Of a DNA stretch of 64,000 bases, positions 41,201 to 51,639 are shown piece by piece; position 1 is the first letter of the stretch; every line of letters begins with the position of its first letter. Origin of the DNA: Mytilus edulis (lineage: Eukaryota). Under the pieces are notes generated by a model that ran no database searches, had not been told where the DNA came from, and saw nothing but the letters and a program-made list of their open reading frames with translations. The position numbers and the translations under genes were made by a program. The DNA lies in NCBI RefSeq assembly GCF_963676685.1, contig NC_092344.1:33852001-33916000 (forward strand), written 5' to 3'.

Positions 41201-42145
41201 GTTTGCATATATATTTACAGTTCTCAACAGCATTCAGGGACTTTTCATTTTCATATTTCATTGTTTATTGAATAAAAAGGTAAGATACAATACATTTAGA
41301 TATTGAATGCCTTGCAATTGCTATCAAACAATCAAAAGTACAAATTTTCAGTTTAAAACATACATTATATGTTCAAAATGTAACTGTTACAATGAAAGCA
41401 AGAGAAAAAAACAATGCAGACAAAAGGTGCGCAGTATTTTGGATTTTGGATCAGAATACTTGAGATAAAAATAGTATTTTAATAGAGTTAGGATCGATTT
41501 ATTTTAGAAGTCATATATTATTGATAAAATGGGACATACAATTATTATCTGGGAACTATCTGTAATCAATACGCACTAATTAGATGCTATCTAGTTGGTC
41601 ATGTCGATATCAATCATTCCTAGGTCCACCTATTTCAAATGTGACTGCGTCATGATTATATAGTTATGCATTAATGTCAAAGAGTACAGATATAAAACGT
41701 CTAAAGGGTGCATATTTAAATATGTAACTAAGACATTATCATCAAAAATGCACGTGTATCATAAGTCATTTGTCTTTTACGTGACTAGCATCCTGTACTC
41801 AATTTGAAGAAGACAGATGAGGTATCTCAAACATAGTATGTATCATACGGAGTGCTTAAGCCGATGTTTTGTTTAGCAAAGAAGACAATATGAAAAGGGT
41901 TAAGTACATGTCAAATAGCAAACTGAAACAAAAATTATGATCAAATAAAACAGATGAAATGCGTTTTAAAAAGCTGTAGAAATATTTTTTTAATAATCAA
42001 TGTTATTTTTTTTCTCTTTTAGATACGTTTTGAATACAAAAAACTGGCACATGTACATGTAAGACACAACTCGCAAAGTTCGACTAAATCAGCGTCCTTC
42101 AAAAAGAAAGACGGTTCATATGAGGTGTATGTTTCAACCAGCTGA
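12730..42145 (+). CDS. Adhesion GPCR, latrophilin/Cirl-like, with N-terminal C-type lectin domain (20 coding exons, 2730 nt, 909 aa)
   Basis: Exons joined manually at GT-AG sites with matching phases: 12730-12781, 23040-23191, 23610-23743, 24712-24839, 26080-26526, 26733-26830, 27171-27362, 28670-28847, 29210-29326, 29999-30174, 30444-30496, 31289-31409, 32117-32220, 32389-32491, 33256-33409, 34322-34388, 35265-35331, 38712-38806, 41111-41279, 42023-42145. Contains CTLD (WWVGL, WIWQDG, EPD, FICQ), HRM ([21 protein letters not shown]), GPS (CSFW..WSQEGC..TCQCTHL|TNFAILMDV) and secretin-like 7TM motifs ([46 protein letters not shown]). Confidence 0.93.
15935..16435. mobile_element. Degenerate MITE with long imperfect TIRs
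   Basis: aaggaggtcggtgtcccc (~16020) versus ggggacaccgacctcctt (~16343); attgcggaaa versus tttccgcaat. Confidence 0.6.
18268..18590. repeat. Degenerate ~42-bp tandem repeat
   Basis: Recurring gtattgcaaatgcatccacacggcttccatttccga, about 8 units. Confidence 0.75.
21975..22596. mobile_element. CpG-rich non-autonomous DNA-transposon remnant (PIF/Harbinger-like right end)
   Basis: Dense acgc/cgtt/tacg content contrasting with the flanks; ends gtgtgacgccggta-taa. Confidence 0.4.
23040..23191 (+). CDS. aGPCR exon 2 (CTLD N-terminal part)
   Basis: [39 protein letters not shown]; AG/GT bounded. Confidence 0.9.
23610..23743 (+). CDS. aGPCR exon 3 (CTLD middle)
   Basis: [41 protein letters not shown]; phase 0 to 2. 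Confidence 0.9.
24190..24560. repeat. Degenerate ~38-bp tandem repeat
   Basis: Recurring atgtgacaat(a)acattctagtt...cattggtt, about 10 units. Confidence 0.75.
24712..24839 (+). CDS. aGPCR exon 4 (CTLD C-terminal part)
   Basis: [42 protein letters not shown]; GTGAGT donor. Confidence 0.9.
25135..25888 (-). mobile_element. Hairpin-ended foldback element (ATATGATA family)
   Basis: ttatcatat (25135) and atatgataa (25735) bound the body; hairpin ~25750-25885; reverse-complement relative at ~62177-62445. Confidence 0.7.
26080..26526 (+). CDS. aGPCR exon 5 (mucin-like Thr/Ser/Pro stalk and start of HRM)
   Basis: Overlaps ORF 26127-26588; T/S/P-rich, then [14 protein letters not shown]...CPETA. 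Confidence 0.9.
26733..26830 (+). CDS. aGPCR exon 6 (HRM C-terminal part)
   Basis: [33 protein letters not shown]. Confidence 0.9.
27171..27362 (+). CDS. aGPCR exon 7 (GAIN subdomain A)
   Basis: VDSV...IAANLTESV...[16 protein letters not shown]...MLK; phase 0/0. Confidence 0.88.
28140..28600 (+). mobile_element. HINE/Helentron-like fragment with ~180-bp internal units
   Basis: Reverse-complement similarity to 31581-32047, including the terminal gtggggcatccgtgtac..ggacacattctt. Confidence 0.7.
28670..28847 (+). CDS. aGPCR exon 8 (GAIN)
   Basis: [11 protein letters not shown]...[17 protein letters not shown]...KTEKI; GTAAGT donor. Confidence 0.88.
29210..29326 (+). CDS. aGPCR exon 9 (GAIN)
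   Basis: YVSLNVINI...[16 protein letters not shown]; phase 1/1 bridges exons 8 and 10. Confidence 0.8.
29999..30174 (+). CDS. aGPCR exon 10 (GAIN subdomain B)
   Basis: [18 protein letters not shown]...[10 protein letters not shown]...[12 protein letters not shown]. Confidence 0.9.
30444..30496 (+). CDS. aGPCR exon 11 (GPS start)
   Basis: [17 protein letters not shown]. Confidence 0.9.
30761..31127 (+). mobile_element. Hairpin-ended foldback element, copy 1
   Basis: Hairpin 30762-30918; ataattacatt (30919) / aatgtaattat (31117); near-identical to 39283-39647. Confidence 0.85.
31289..31409 (+). CDS. aGPCR exon 12 (GPS cleavage site and Stachel)
   Basis: [38 protein letters not shown]. Confidence 0.95.
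31581..32047 (-). mobile_element. HINE/Helentron-like non-autonomous element
   Basis: Subterminal atgcccca/tggggcat inverted repeats, (GACG/GAAC)n microsatellite, internal tandem units, inserted in an A/T run. Confidence 0.7.
32117..32220 (+). CDS. aGPCR exon 13 (TM1)
   Basis: [23 protein letters not shown]. Confidence 0.93.
32389..32491 (+). CDS. aGPCR exon 14 (TM2)
   Basis: [26 protein letters not shown]. Confidence 0.95.
33256..33409 (+). CDS. aGPCR exon 15 (TM3, ICL2)
   Basis: [26 protein letters not shown]...MRYYYLAGY. Confidence 0.95.
34322..34388 (+). CDS. aGPCR exon 16 (TM4, ECL2)
   Basis: [22 protein letters not shown]; phase 1 to 2. Confidence 0.9.
34400..34900 (-). mobile_element. 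LINE (L2/CR1-group) 3' remnant with (TTTGAA)n-like tail
   Basis: Minus strand ..[17 protein letters not shown].., the C-terminal DE.HFLL.C motif; aaattc repeats at 34403-34445. Confidence 0.55.
35265..35331 (+). CDS. aGPCR exon 17 (ECL2 CW, TM5 start)
   Basis: [22 protein letters not shown]. Confidence 0.93.
35582..35625 (+). ncRNA. Degenerate hammerhead motif (family A), within a repeat at ~35410-35665
   Basis: gtgtca-CTTATAA-gtct(tttgt)ggaa-GAAA-c(ggtc)g-TC-ttgcgt with the same downstream cctggta..tgataa flank. Confidence 0.55.
36022..38080 (+). mobile_element. HINE/Helentron-like element with (CCTCTT)n microsatellite and ~120-bp internal tandem array
   Basis: Subterminal IRs tctcccaaac (~36029) / gtttgggaga (~38033); 3' palindrome gtaacag-catc-ctgttac; repeated ccccacccctaaaccatatatattcttgtaggggacaataaaacaaat. 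Confidence 0.8.
36764..37324. mobile_element. MITE (561 bp, ~180-bp TIRs, TA target duplication) nested in the HINE array
   Basis: tagttgccgtcagctgaaattcg... / ...cgaatttcagctgacggcgacta; the host unit cccc-TA-aaccat is split, with TA at 36762 and 37325. Confidence 0.9.
38712..38806 (+). CDS. aGPCR exon 18 (TM5 end, ICL3)
   Basis: [31 protein letters not shown]. Confidence 0.9.
39283..39647 (+). mobile_element. Hairpin-ended foldback element, copy 2
   Basis: Near-identical to 30761-31127. Confidence 0.85.
39869..39912 (-). ncRNA. Minimal type I hammerhead ribozyme (family B), core intact
   Basis: Minus strand gcatca-CTGAAGA-gaca(ggtat)tgtc-GAAA-t(gctc)a-TC-gggtgt. Confidence 0.8.
40090..40520 (-). 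mobile_element. Decayed Penelope-like RT fragment
   Basis: [45 protein letters not shown]. Confidence 0.7.
41111..41279 (+). CDS. aGPCR exon 19 (TM6, TM7)
   Basis: [23 protein letters not shown]...[25 protein letters not shown]. Confidence 0.95.
42023..42145 (+). CDS. aGPCR exon 20 (helix 8 and short tail)
   Basis: [40 protein letters not shown]; AATAAA near 42236 and 42480. Confidence 0.85.
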   Translation: MRFEYKKLAHVHVRHNSQSSTKSASFKKKDGSYEVYVSTS

Positions 42146-44664
42146 GTCAGGTGTACCAAGGACGCCCCAAATGTGTTCAGAACATTGCCAGTTTGGCCAG
42201 TAATACATGCATAATAGCGTTTTCATTCTGTGCATAATAAAAAGTTATTTTTGCTTGCGAATTGGTAGTGTTCACCTGCAAGAAGTTTCTTAAATATGAC
42301 AAATAAATGAAACGTATGCAATGTGAAGAAAGGACGAGCATAATATGTACATTTATTGTTTACTGTATATAATTATACATATAGATGTTATTTTGTAAAA
42401 ATCACATTTATTTTCAGATCAGATCATGATTTTATTGAATCGTATATTGTTGACAGTTGATTTAAATATTATTACCTTAAATAAATGTTTACGTATTGAT
42501 ACTTATATTCATTCTTATTTAAAGAAATATTTTAAGGTAGTTGATTTTGAATATTGACACATCATATAACTTGGGATGAGATAAATATTCACAAATTTAC
42601 TCGGTGCTTTGAAGATTCATTGATCTTGAGATGTTGTCTGCTGTTTATTCGAGTTGTTGTCTTTTTGACACATTCTCTGATCTATTATACTCCGTTCGAA
42701 TCTTTATTCTGCCTTTTTGTTTGCATTTTGGCTTTCGCTTGTCCGTCAATGCATTCTATCATACATCTTATCTTTGTGTTCTGTTGACTGTCTGCTTTCT
42801 ATTGTGATCAAGTATTCGTTCATTGCATTGTTTTATGTTGATATTTGAAAAAAGTACCACAGTGCAAGCAATTCATATCGAAAAGGAATTTACAATAACA
42901 ACAACTTATACAGTCCACCCAGAACTGCACAAAACACTAACAATTTTTTAATACAAACTCAAAAAGAACATCAGGAGAACACGCAGTTCTCTGGTAGTAT
43001 GCGTAGTTTTCTGCTCAACACGTGGCACCCATCGTAATGAAATATTTTGCGACAGATCGACTTGATTTAACGTTTTTATTTTGTCGAACTTTTCCGTGTA
43101 GTTTCTAAAAGTAATAATTATTCACAATTGTTTTATTTATGGATCAAAAACCTGCTCCAAGGATCTTGTGCCACTTCAACTATACTAATATTTTATTTTA
43201 CAGAAGTCTAATAAGAGGGAAACAGTTTTCCATTGATGAAAACTCTAAAATAAACTTTTTAAAGAGTGTCTTAATTAATAGTATAATAATATAATATTTT
43301 TTTTTTATCATAATGTTAATCGGTGTAATCTGATTTCTTTACAAACAAAACAATATCTGGTTGAAAATTTCAATAGTATTTTTTTTAAAAGGTTCTAAGG
43401 AGACGTTATCTAACAAAGCACAACTAAAGTACTGCTAAAAAATCGTTATTATTTGTAACTATTGACGAAGTTGCCAACAGGGATGTTTTTGTTTGACACA
43501 AGTCTGAGACACAAGTACTACTGTAACATTGAGATTACTCTCTCTGTTTGTAAGTATAAATAATAACGCAATGTAACCGTAGACACAAATGTTCTTGTTA
43601 CATTCGTAATTAATCGGCTGCTTATCCAACCCTGCATTCTGGCAATTAGTCTCCATAAAATTCCCTCATATAAAAATTCATGACAAAGAAAAAAGTAAAA
43701 TCACAAAAATACTGAACTCCGAGGAAAATTCATTTGAAAAGTCCCTTATTACATGGCAAAATCAAATGACATAACACATCAAAAAAGAATAGACAACAAC
43801 TGTCATATTCCTGTCTTGGTACAGGCATTATCAAATGTAGAAAATGGTGGATTGAACCTGGCTTTATAGCGCTAAATATCTCCCTTTTCTGACAGTCGCA
43901 TAAAATTTTAGTGAATGAAAGTGACACGACTTGTTTTAAAACTGTTTACTTCATTCTTTTTCTGTTGTAATGATTTCCTTTGTAAATGGATGAAGCTAAT
44001 TTTATCTTGCATTAAATCTGACTTTTTTAATCTGTACATAATAAGGTTTAAATATTATTTATTTAGATAAAAAGAACCAACAGATACCAGGCGCAATACA
44101 AAATGCAAAATATATACGTAAAAAGATATATACATAAAATAAACTTTCAACTTAAAAAAAATGTACCTATAAATGTTACGAGAAACTAGGATTAGGGAAT
44201 AAGAGTCCAATTCGCGTATAATTAACTTTATTAAATAAGTTATATTTACAATTCAAGTTAGGAGTTGTTAGAGGGGCGTGGAAACTATTAAATTCCCATA
44301 CTGTAACTTCTGAAATATGAATGGTACAATAGATATTTGCATAGGCAATCACCTGAAACCATGACACACGATCAAATGTTTATTTCTTACATCATTTGTT
44401 GAAAATAGAAGCATGTATAATTTCACATAAGCATTTATTTTCTAAAGCTATTTAACCTTCGATTTAAAAGGACCAGTTTTTAACACGGAATAAACAGATT
44501 AAAATGTTAATCCTTATTTTGTTAATTGAAAAGGTCTCAAACAATGTACGAAAGTTCAGTATTAAACAAAGGCATTTCAAAAGTGCGGGATTGATGCTAT
44601 GATACTGACACCAAACAATTGAAATCAACTGACTCCAATGGAAAATTCACTGCTATTATAGTTA

Positions 44665-44957
44665 AGCAGCAACCATTTGATTTTCTGGGGGGGGGGGGGG
44701 GGAGGGGGGCTATGTCTTTTTTTGGAAAAACAAGTTTGTTTCCAGTTTTTGGAGAAAAAAATAATTTGTTTTTGATTCTGAGGAAAAAAAAATGTTTGTT
44801 TCACCCTCAGCTGCCACTATATGTAATGCTAAAATTGAAAGAAAATAATTGTTTTCGACTTGTCACGAAAAAAATAGATTGTTTTTCGCCGCAGGCGAAA
44901 AAAAAAGTTTGTACAGAAAAAAAAACCACCCCCCCAGAAAATCAAATGGTTGCTGCC
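44665..44957. mobile_element. MITE with TTA target duplication (PIF/Harbinger-like)
   Basis: gcagcaaccatttgattttctggggg / cccccagaaaatcaaatggttgctgc; TTA at 44662 and 44958. Confidence 0.8.
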
Positions 44958-45544
44958 TTACCACATGTCAAAATTATTAAAGGATTTATCAGATTTATAA
45001 ATTGTCGCAATGTTCTTTTGCTTTGACACTGTTTGAAGTTACCGTGTAATAACTGAATCGGCACATATTTTTGCGCTTTTTAACTGGTAACCAAATGGTA
45101 AAAAATCAACACGGAGATGTGGTAAGATTACAACTTGAATGACGGGGACGTTATCATATCTGGCTCATTATGCAACCTTCAACAATCCCGGTTAAGTAAG
45201 CAATAAAAGACACCGTAGACAAATATAAAACATTACAAAAGAGAAATAATATAACTGACCTAATTTCTGTTAAAAAAAAAAAGCAAACACGTAGACAGTA
45301 AACCAAACGACAGACTCCTACGTCCATGTTCCAGACTAAGAAAAGGCAACACTCAAGAAAGGGGAAGGGGTGTAATCATGTTTGTCAAAGTTCAACCATC
45401 CTTTAAACGCAGTTATTCATCTAACGCAGTTCTGTGGGATAGCAATACAAAATAAAAGTAAACCGTTAAAATCAGTTGGAAAGCGTTTGACTCCTCAGAT
45501 TGGCACGAAGCTATTAGTTGCATAAAGTTCAATATTCATTAGGA

Positions 45545-45792
45545 CTACAGATAGATTGCTTGGTGATTTTTGAATACTTTTACCACTACATGTATATGGT
45601 ATCTTACGTCGGCAAGTTATAATTAGTGGAGAAAGTCAGAGAGCCCGGAAGAACCACCGACCTTTTCAGGAAAACTAGCAATTTTAGATAGTTAAGATTG
45701 GAGTCGAACGAGTGGGTTTAAAACTGACAAACTCAGTAGCAACTGCTAGTGATACAGCTTATGAACTACTTAGACATGTCGGCCACCAAGGC
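45545..45792 (-). mobile_element. Decayed tRNA-derived SINE (related head at ~9045-9135 -)
   Basis: Minus strand starts ccttggtggccga..tctaag (A-box-like); eroded B box. Confidence 0.45.
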
Positions 45793-47158
45793 CATTTATT
45801 TATATATATATTTTTTTATATAATGTTCTAAATAAAAGCACCGTTTAAATACATTATCTTTGAATTGACAACATGTATCTATGCATCTATCATTCGTTGC
45901 ATCGATATACAAGATTATAATTGCGTCATTTTAGTTAGTAGTTACAATCGGAATCAAAAGAAATGATATTAGCCTTTAATTAAATACAAAAAACAAAGAA
46001 TCCTTCTCTTGGGTCTGAAATATTAGCTGCATGACCATGCTTTAGTTATTTGTTAATATCATATGGTTAATTAAACGTACATATCACCAACTACTAAACA
46101 TGCTTATTTTATGTCCTAATTTTCATTCTATCTCCATATTAATCAAAATTGGTTTAGAGAATATGTAATTCCTTTTTTGTTTGTCGTTTTATAAATTTGC
46201 CAAATCGAAATTTGAGAATTTACATACATATATTGCATATTTTTGATTATCATCTTACATCTCTTTGATTTAAAATATGGAACAACGCGTACATAAGAAT
46301 TTTTAGTGGTACGTCACTCAAAATAACTACATTGAAAGAAAATATAAATAAAAGAAGATGTGGCGAATACGTTAAAGAGAGGGCAAATAAACGAAAAAAT
46401 AAAACAATAATAAATTTAGAGGGCAATATAGTCTTAACAAATATAGACATGTGACTACACTATATATATGTCAAGCTTTTAATCGTTCAGAAAATATACA
46501 ATGTGTCAAGCTCCAAATTGTTCTAAGTCTGTACAGATTGATAATAAACTTAACAGAAACAAATCAAAGACCTGATATCATAACCCAATTTCTTCTAAAT
46601 AACGAAAAACACTTTTCTCTGACTGTTTATGACGTCTTTACACTAAATGTGTTTTTTCATTTGTTGCTATTGGTCTTGAACTAGAAGTACGCTCAGGTCT
46701 GTTCTTGGTGTATTTTTTGTTGTATGGATGTACAAGTACCCGGCCACGTTCACTGTGGTCTTGTTAGATTTATTTCTATTCCGTAATTCGTATCCATCCG
46801 ATGAGTTTAGCCTTTTTCAACTGATTTTTATAGTTTGTTCTTATGTAGTACTGTTACACCACTGTCCGAGGTTAGAAGAGGGTAGGATGCCCGCTATCAC
46901 ATTTCACACCGTTACATTCTGTATGTGCAAGCCGGGAGCCTGTAATTCAGTTGTTGTCGTTTGTTGCTGTATTACATATCAGTTTTCTGTTCATTATTTT
47001 GTACATAAATTAGGCCGTTAGTTTTTTTGTTTGAATTGTTTTACATTTATTCATTTCGGTACCTATTATAGCTCACTATGCAGTATGGGCATGATTGTTT
47101 ATTGTTGAAGGCCGTACGGTGATCTGTAGTTGATAATTTCTCAGTCAATTAGTATTGT

Positions 47159-47294
47159 CAATCTAATTAAAATATTGATCTCTGATTATGTTATACTACA
47201 TATAAGCTCATATATGTAGTATAACGTAATCATAGATCAATATTTTAATTAGATTGTTATAACGTAATCAGAGATCAATATTTTAATTAGATTG
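47159..47294. mobile_element. 136-bp foldback mini-element with 10-bp target duplication (Mutator-like)
   Basis: caatctaattaaaatattgatc / gatcaatattttaattagattg; ttagtattgt at 47149 and 47295; right arm tandemly duplicated. Confidence 0.8.
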
Positions 47295-50000
47295 TTAGTA
47301 TTGTCGCAATGGCAATCATACCACATTTTCTGACGAGGTTTCTGATCCTTATTTTTATCAGTAGCAAGAGTAGACTTATAAAGAAAATTGACAGTAATCA
47401 AATACCTTTTAACAAGATAATGTAGGGTATACTAAAGAAATCAAATAATAACGATTCAATATTAAAACTTAAGTGACGGAGAAGGGAAAATCATGAGGTC
47501 TATGATATGCGCAAAAAGGGGGGGGGGGCAAAAAAAGGGGGGTCTTATAACATTTTTTGATTGCGGAAGATTATAAACTAATTCAGTGCATGGTTCATGG
47601 TACCGTTCTCAGAATGTTCAATGTTAAAAATGGCTCAAATCAGAATATATTAAGAACCATATCCACTACAAACCTGCTTCATCAATTTTGTGAAACGAAA
47701 AAGAAGGTTTAAAGACGAAAACGAAGTTCTAAAATAATTTATGAATGCTAGTTTATATGAAACTTATTTATCACCCACCTTATTTACCATACACATAGGT
47801 CTCTCAATTCGAACAAAAGTATAAAAGACGAAGTATTGAATTTTCCCTCGATCTTTTAGATGTTCAGATTCTTATCGATAATTTCTTACATTTACTGTTA
47901 TTCAAACGTGCTCTACACTATGGACGCTTGTAAATGCTGCCCCTCTACTATGGAAAAATAAAGTAGACGATCAGCAAGTATATAAAAGGTCGATTATTAT
48001 CAGATAGTATCTAATAATTCAATATGGTAAAATAAGTTAAAATATAGTGTAATAAATAATACAAAATAGCTGTGTGTGTGCACGCACAAAAAAAAATAAT
48101 CAGATTATTTTGTTTTCAAAGTTTACGAAAACTATCAAACTGTACGCTGTATGCGTAAACAAAAGAACATAAAACATGTTTTTTTTTCGGTATAAAGTTT
48201 GAGTGTTGATGTTGAAAGTGAAGTTTGTGCCTGATATTCATATGATGAAGACATAATCTGTCAATCAGTTTAATTGAGGTCTGGAGCTGGCATGCCAGTA
48301 ACTGCTAGTAGTCTGCTGTTATTTATGTATTATTGTCATTTTGTATATTTTCTTTTGTTTCATATTCTGACATCGGACTCGGACTTTTCTTAAACTGAGT
48401 TTTACTGTGCGTATTGTTATGCGTTTGGTTTTTCTACCTTGGCTAGAGGTATAAGTCATTTTCAAAAAATGTCGAATTTTGAAATTGAAAAATTTATTAA
48501 AAGTTACTTATTCAAACAACCCTCTACATAAGCAAATCAAAACAAACAGTACTTAAAGAGCAACATTTTAAAAGATGCAACCTTAATAATGTCATACAAG
48601 AAACATTTTTTGATAGGTGGTACAATATTTTGTCTCTCCTGTTACCATTTTCAAAAGAAATTTTTGGTTATTAAGAAAAGGTTTAGATAAAATTTTAAGC
48701 TTGTTTTACGTAGCCAATTAGATGGTTTTTAAGAGGATAAACTTCTATATATATTCCTTCTGTAAAATAATAGATTATTTGCCAATTTTCTAGGTTGTAC
48801 TGAAAAATGCCTCTAAAAAATGGGTTTTCAAAGGGTGTAAAAATTACCACCAGTAATGCAGGTTTAATTAAGATATCAATTCATATTGTTCGACATTTTT
48901 TCTCTCTTTTAAATAAACCCAACATCAAGTAAATCCCTCATAAGTAAGCTTACTTTTCTCTTTATTTCATTGGTAACAGGAACGTACGTTTATGATATAT
49001 CACTATATAAAAGTTTATCCTGTTACCTTTTTGTCTATCCTGTTACCGATATCAGTATTGCACCTGCAAATGCTTAATTGAGAAGATTAAGACGTTATAA
49101 CTTTAAGATTAGTTCAAACAACGAAATATTTCATTCGTTTTGCAACTATATGTTAAGATGAAATTTTTAACGACGTTTCTGTCTACAATTGTCTATCCTG
49201 TTACTGTAACCATTGTAACAGGATAAACAAATTTCTTTATTTTTGAATGCTGTTGTGAAATAATTACTCCCTTTGGTGAAGTGATCATGGTTTTCTGTTG
49301 TGAATTTGGTTTCCAACACGTTACTGCACTTTTTACCAGTATACTGTTGGTGTAATTTATCAAAATTGTTGGTAACAGCATAGACATATAAAAAATACCC
49401 TCTATTTTTTTTCACAAAATGTCTTAAAATTTCTTTTCTCTACACTGTCGTTCAAGAAACGTGACGTTTTAAATGTAAAGGTAACTTTGCACTTTTGAAA
49501 TCAACATTGACTGATCCAATACATGTATTCATAGAGAGAACAATTTAACGGCTGATTTAAGTAGCGATAGCAGGATGGACATACACTTCCCGTACGCTGA
49601 TTGAATTTAGTTTGTAGAAAATATGTTACATATAATGATAAAGAAGCTATGATTTTTCGTTAGAGTAATTATAAACGTTCTGAAAAAGTCCCTTTTGCAG
49701 ATATCAAGGCGATCAGAAAATCGGAAAAAATCATATGAAATGTGTTTTTCTGACACTGTACGCACACAAATATCCCCAAAATTGGACTTAAAAAGATTTT
49801 AATCTTATCAAAATAGATGTAAAGATGGAGGGTTGAGATAGATCTAAAAAAAAACATGTTTAGCCCCGCCGCAATTTTGCGCCTGTCCCAAGTCAGGAGC
49901 CTCTGGCCTTTGTTAGTCTTGTATTATTTTTAATTTCAGTTTCTTGTGTATAATTCGGAGTTTGGTATGACATCCATTATCACTGAACTAGTATACATTA

Positions 50001-50459
50001 TAAGTTATGTGGTTTGCTACTGACGCCCTACGGATCCATAGAGGGTTAGTAAAATCCATATGGGGTGAGGCCGTAGGCCGAGTCACCTATGGATTTTACT
50101 TACCCTCTATGGATTCGTAGGGGGTCAGTATTGAACCGTATAACGAATTTATCGCACGCAGGACTTTTATTGCTGCAAAACAATTAGCAATGCAATACAA
50201 CAACATCAATAGTTGACGTCAACATTAACTGTAGATGTGACGTCATGAACCCCTATGAAATTAACTAACCCCCTACGTATCCTGGTTCCCGGTACATGTA
50301 CTACGTTCCAGGTATTAGCTTTTAGCATACTCTCTCACGTGTAACATACATAATATTGCGATCGGGAACCAGTCTACCCCGTACGGATCCATAGGGTGTC
50401 ACCACATGACGGCGTTAAACCAATCACAACGTGATAATTTACCCGCGGCGCGATAAATT
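50001..50459 (+). mobile_element. Hairpin-ended foldback element nested in a dispersed repeat (49820-50605)
   Basis: Hairpin 50004-50144 centred on ggccgtaggcc; aatttatcgc (50146) / gcgataaatt (50450). Confidence 0.8.
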
Positions 50460-50845
50460 TGTTCGGGGGCCAGCCGAAGGACGCCTCCGGGTGCGGGAGT
50501 TTCTCGCTTCATTGAAGACCCATTGGTGGCATTCGGCTGTTTTCTTCTCTATGGTCGGGTTGTTGTCTCTCTGACACATTCCTCATTTCCATTCTCAATT
50601 TTATTTACCAATTGTCAAGAACAGAAAATAAAGTTTGAAAAACGAATTTAGAAGAAAAAAACCGCGAACAAACGAATTCCCAGTTGATAAATTAAAAAAA
50701 TATTTAGAAACTAATGTTCCAACTCCCTCCTTCAAACTTGATCCTATATCAGTTTGGATATTCGTTTTGTGTCCCTTTTGATCATACCACTCCTTATCTT
50801 TCTACTTTTTTCATACATCCATGGCTTTTAAATGTTTAGGATTAA

Positions 50846-50887
50846 GCGCTCCTGATAAATCTAAATACAGAAAAGCTATTCGGACGC
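50846..50887 (+). ncRNA. Degenerate hammerhead-like motif (third family)
   Basis: gcgctc-CTGATAA-...-GAAA-agcta-tTC-ggacgc; stem I is recognisable, G8 and stem II are damaged. Confidence 0.35.
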
Positions 50888-51639
50888 ACGAAATTTACTA
50901 TTTGTTCTCTACGCCTTGTTCATTTTAATTACTATCGAAGAAAGGCGAAATATACCAAAGGAACATTTAAACTCATAAGTCGAAAATAAACTGACAACGC
51001 CAAAAGAAAAAGACCTAGACATACAGTAGTACGCAAAACCTAACATAGAAAACCAAAGACTGAGCAACATTCACAACAGTCTGAGACAAATATTAATCAT
51101 TAAGTGCATGGGATTTTGTAGACACAAATTCATTAAACGATATAATTGCTTCATTTCACGTATTGTTTGTTTGTTTGTGTACCAACATCAACGCAAATTC
51201 AGAGTATCGACATATATAACATAATCACTATTTATACGTACAAACATACAAACATTTTTCATATCGGGATCTTTTATAGCCGACTATACAGTATGGGTTT
51301 CATTCATTATTGAAGGCCGTGTTGTGGTCTATAATTGCTTTGGATTTTATTCTGGTGAACAGTTGTCTCATTGGCAATCATACCTCATCTCCTCATTTTT
51401 GTAATATTTATATATGTCTACTAGTACAATGTAAAACGAATATAAGTAGAGACATAATAGTGCAATGAACTTAATAACCTTATTCTGATGCTCGCAATTT
51501 GTGAATACATGTAAATAATCATATCAAATAAAAAAAACACCAAATTAGTATTATTTAAAATAAGATTTAATACCATCATATTACACATCACAATTTTTGT
51601 AAAAATATTGCACCTTCCCCTAAATTTTGTACATATGTA

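Noticed and set aside
44619-45026. 135-aa ORF with a poly-Gly run
   Set aside because: Spans a MITE; the glycines come from a poly-G tract.
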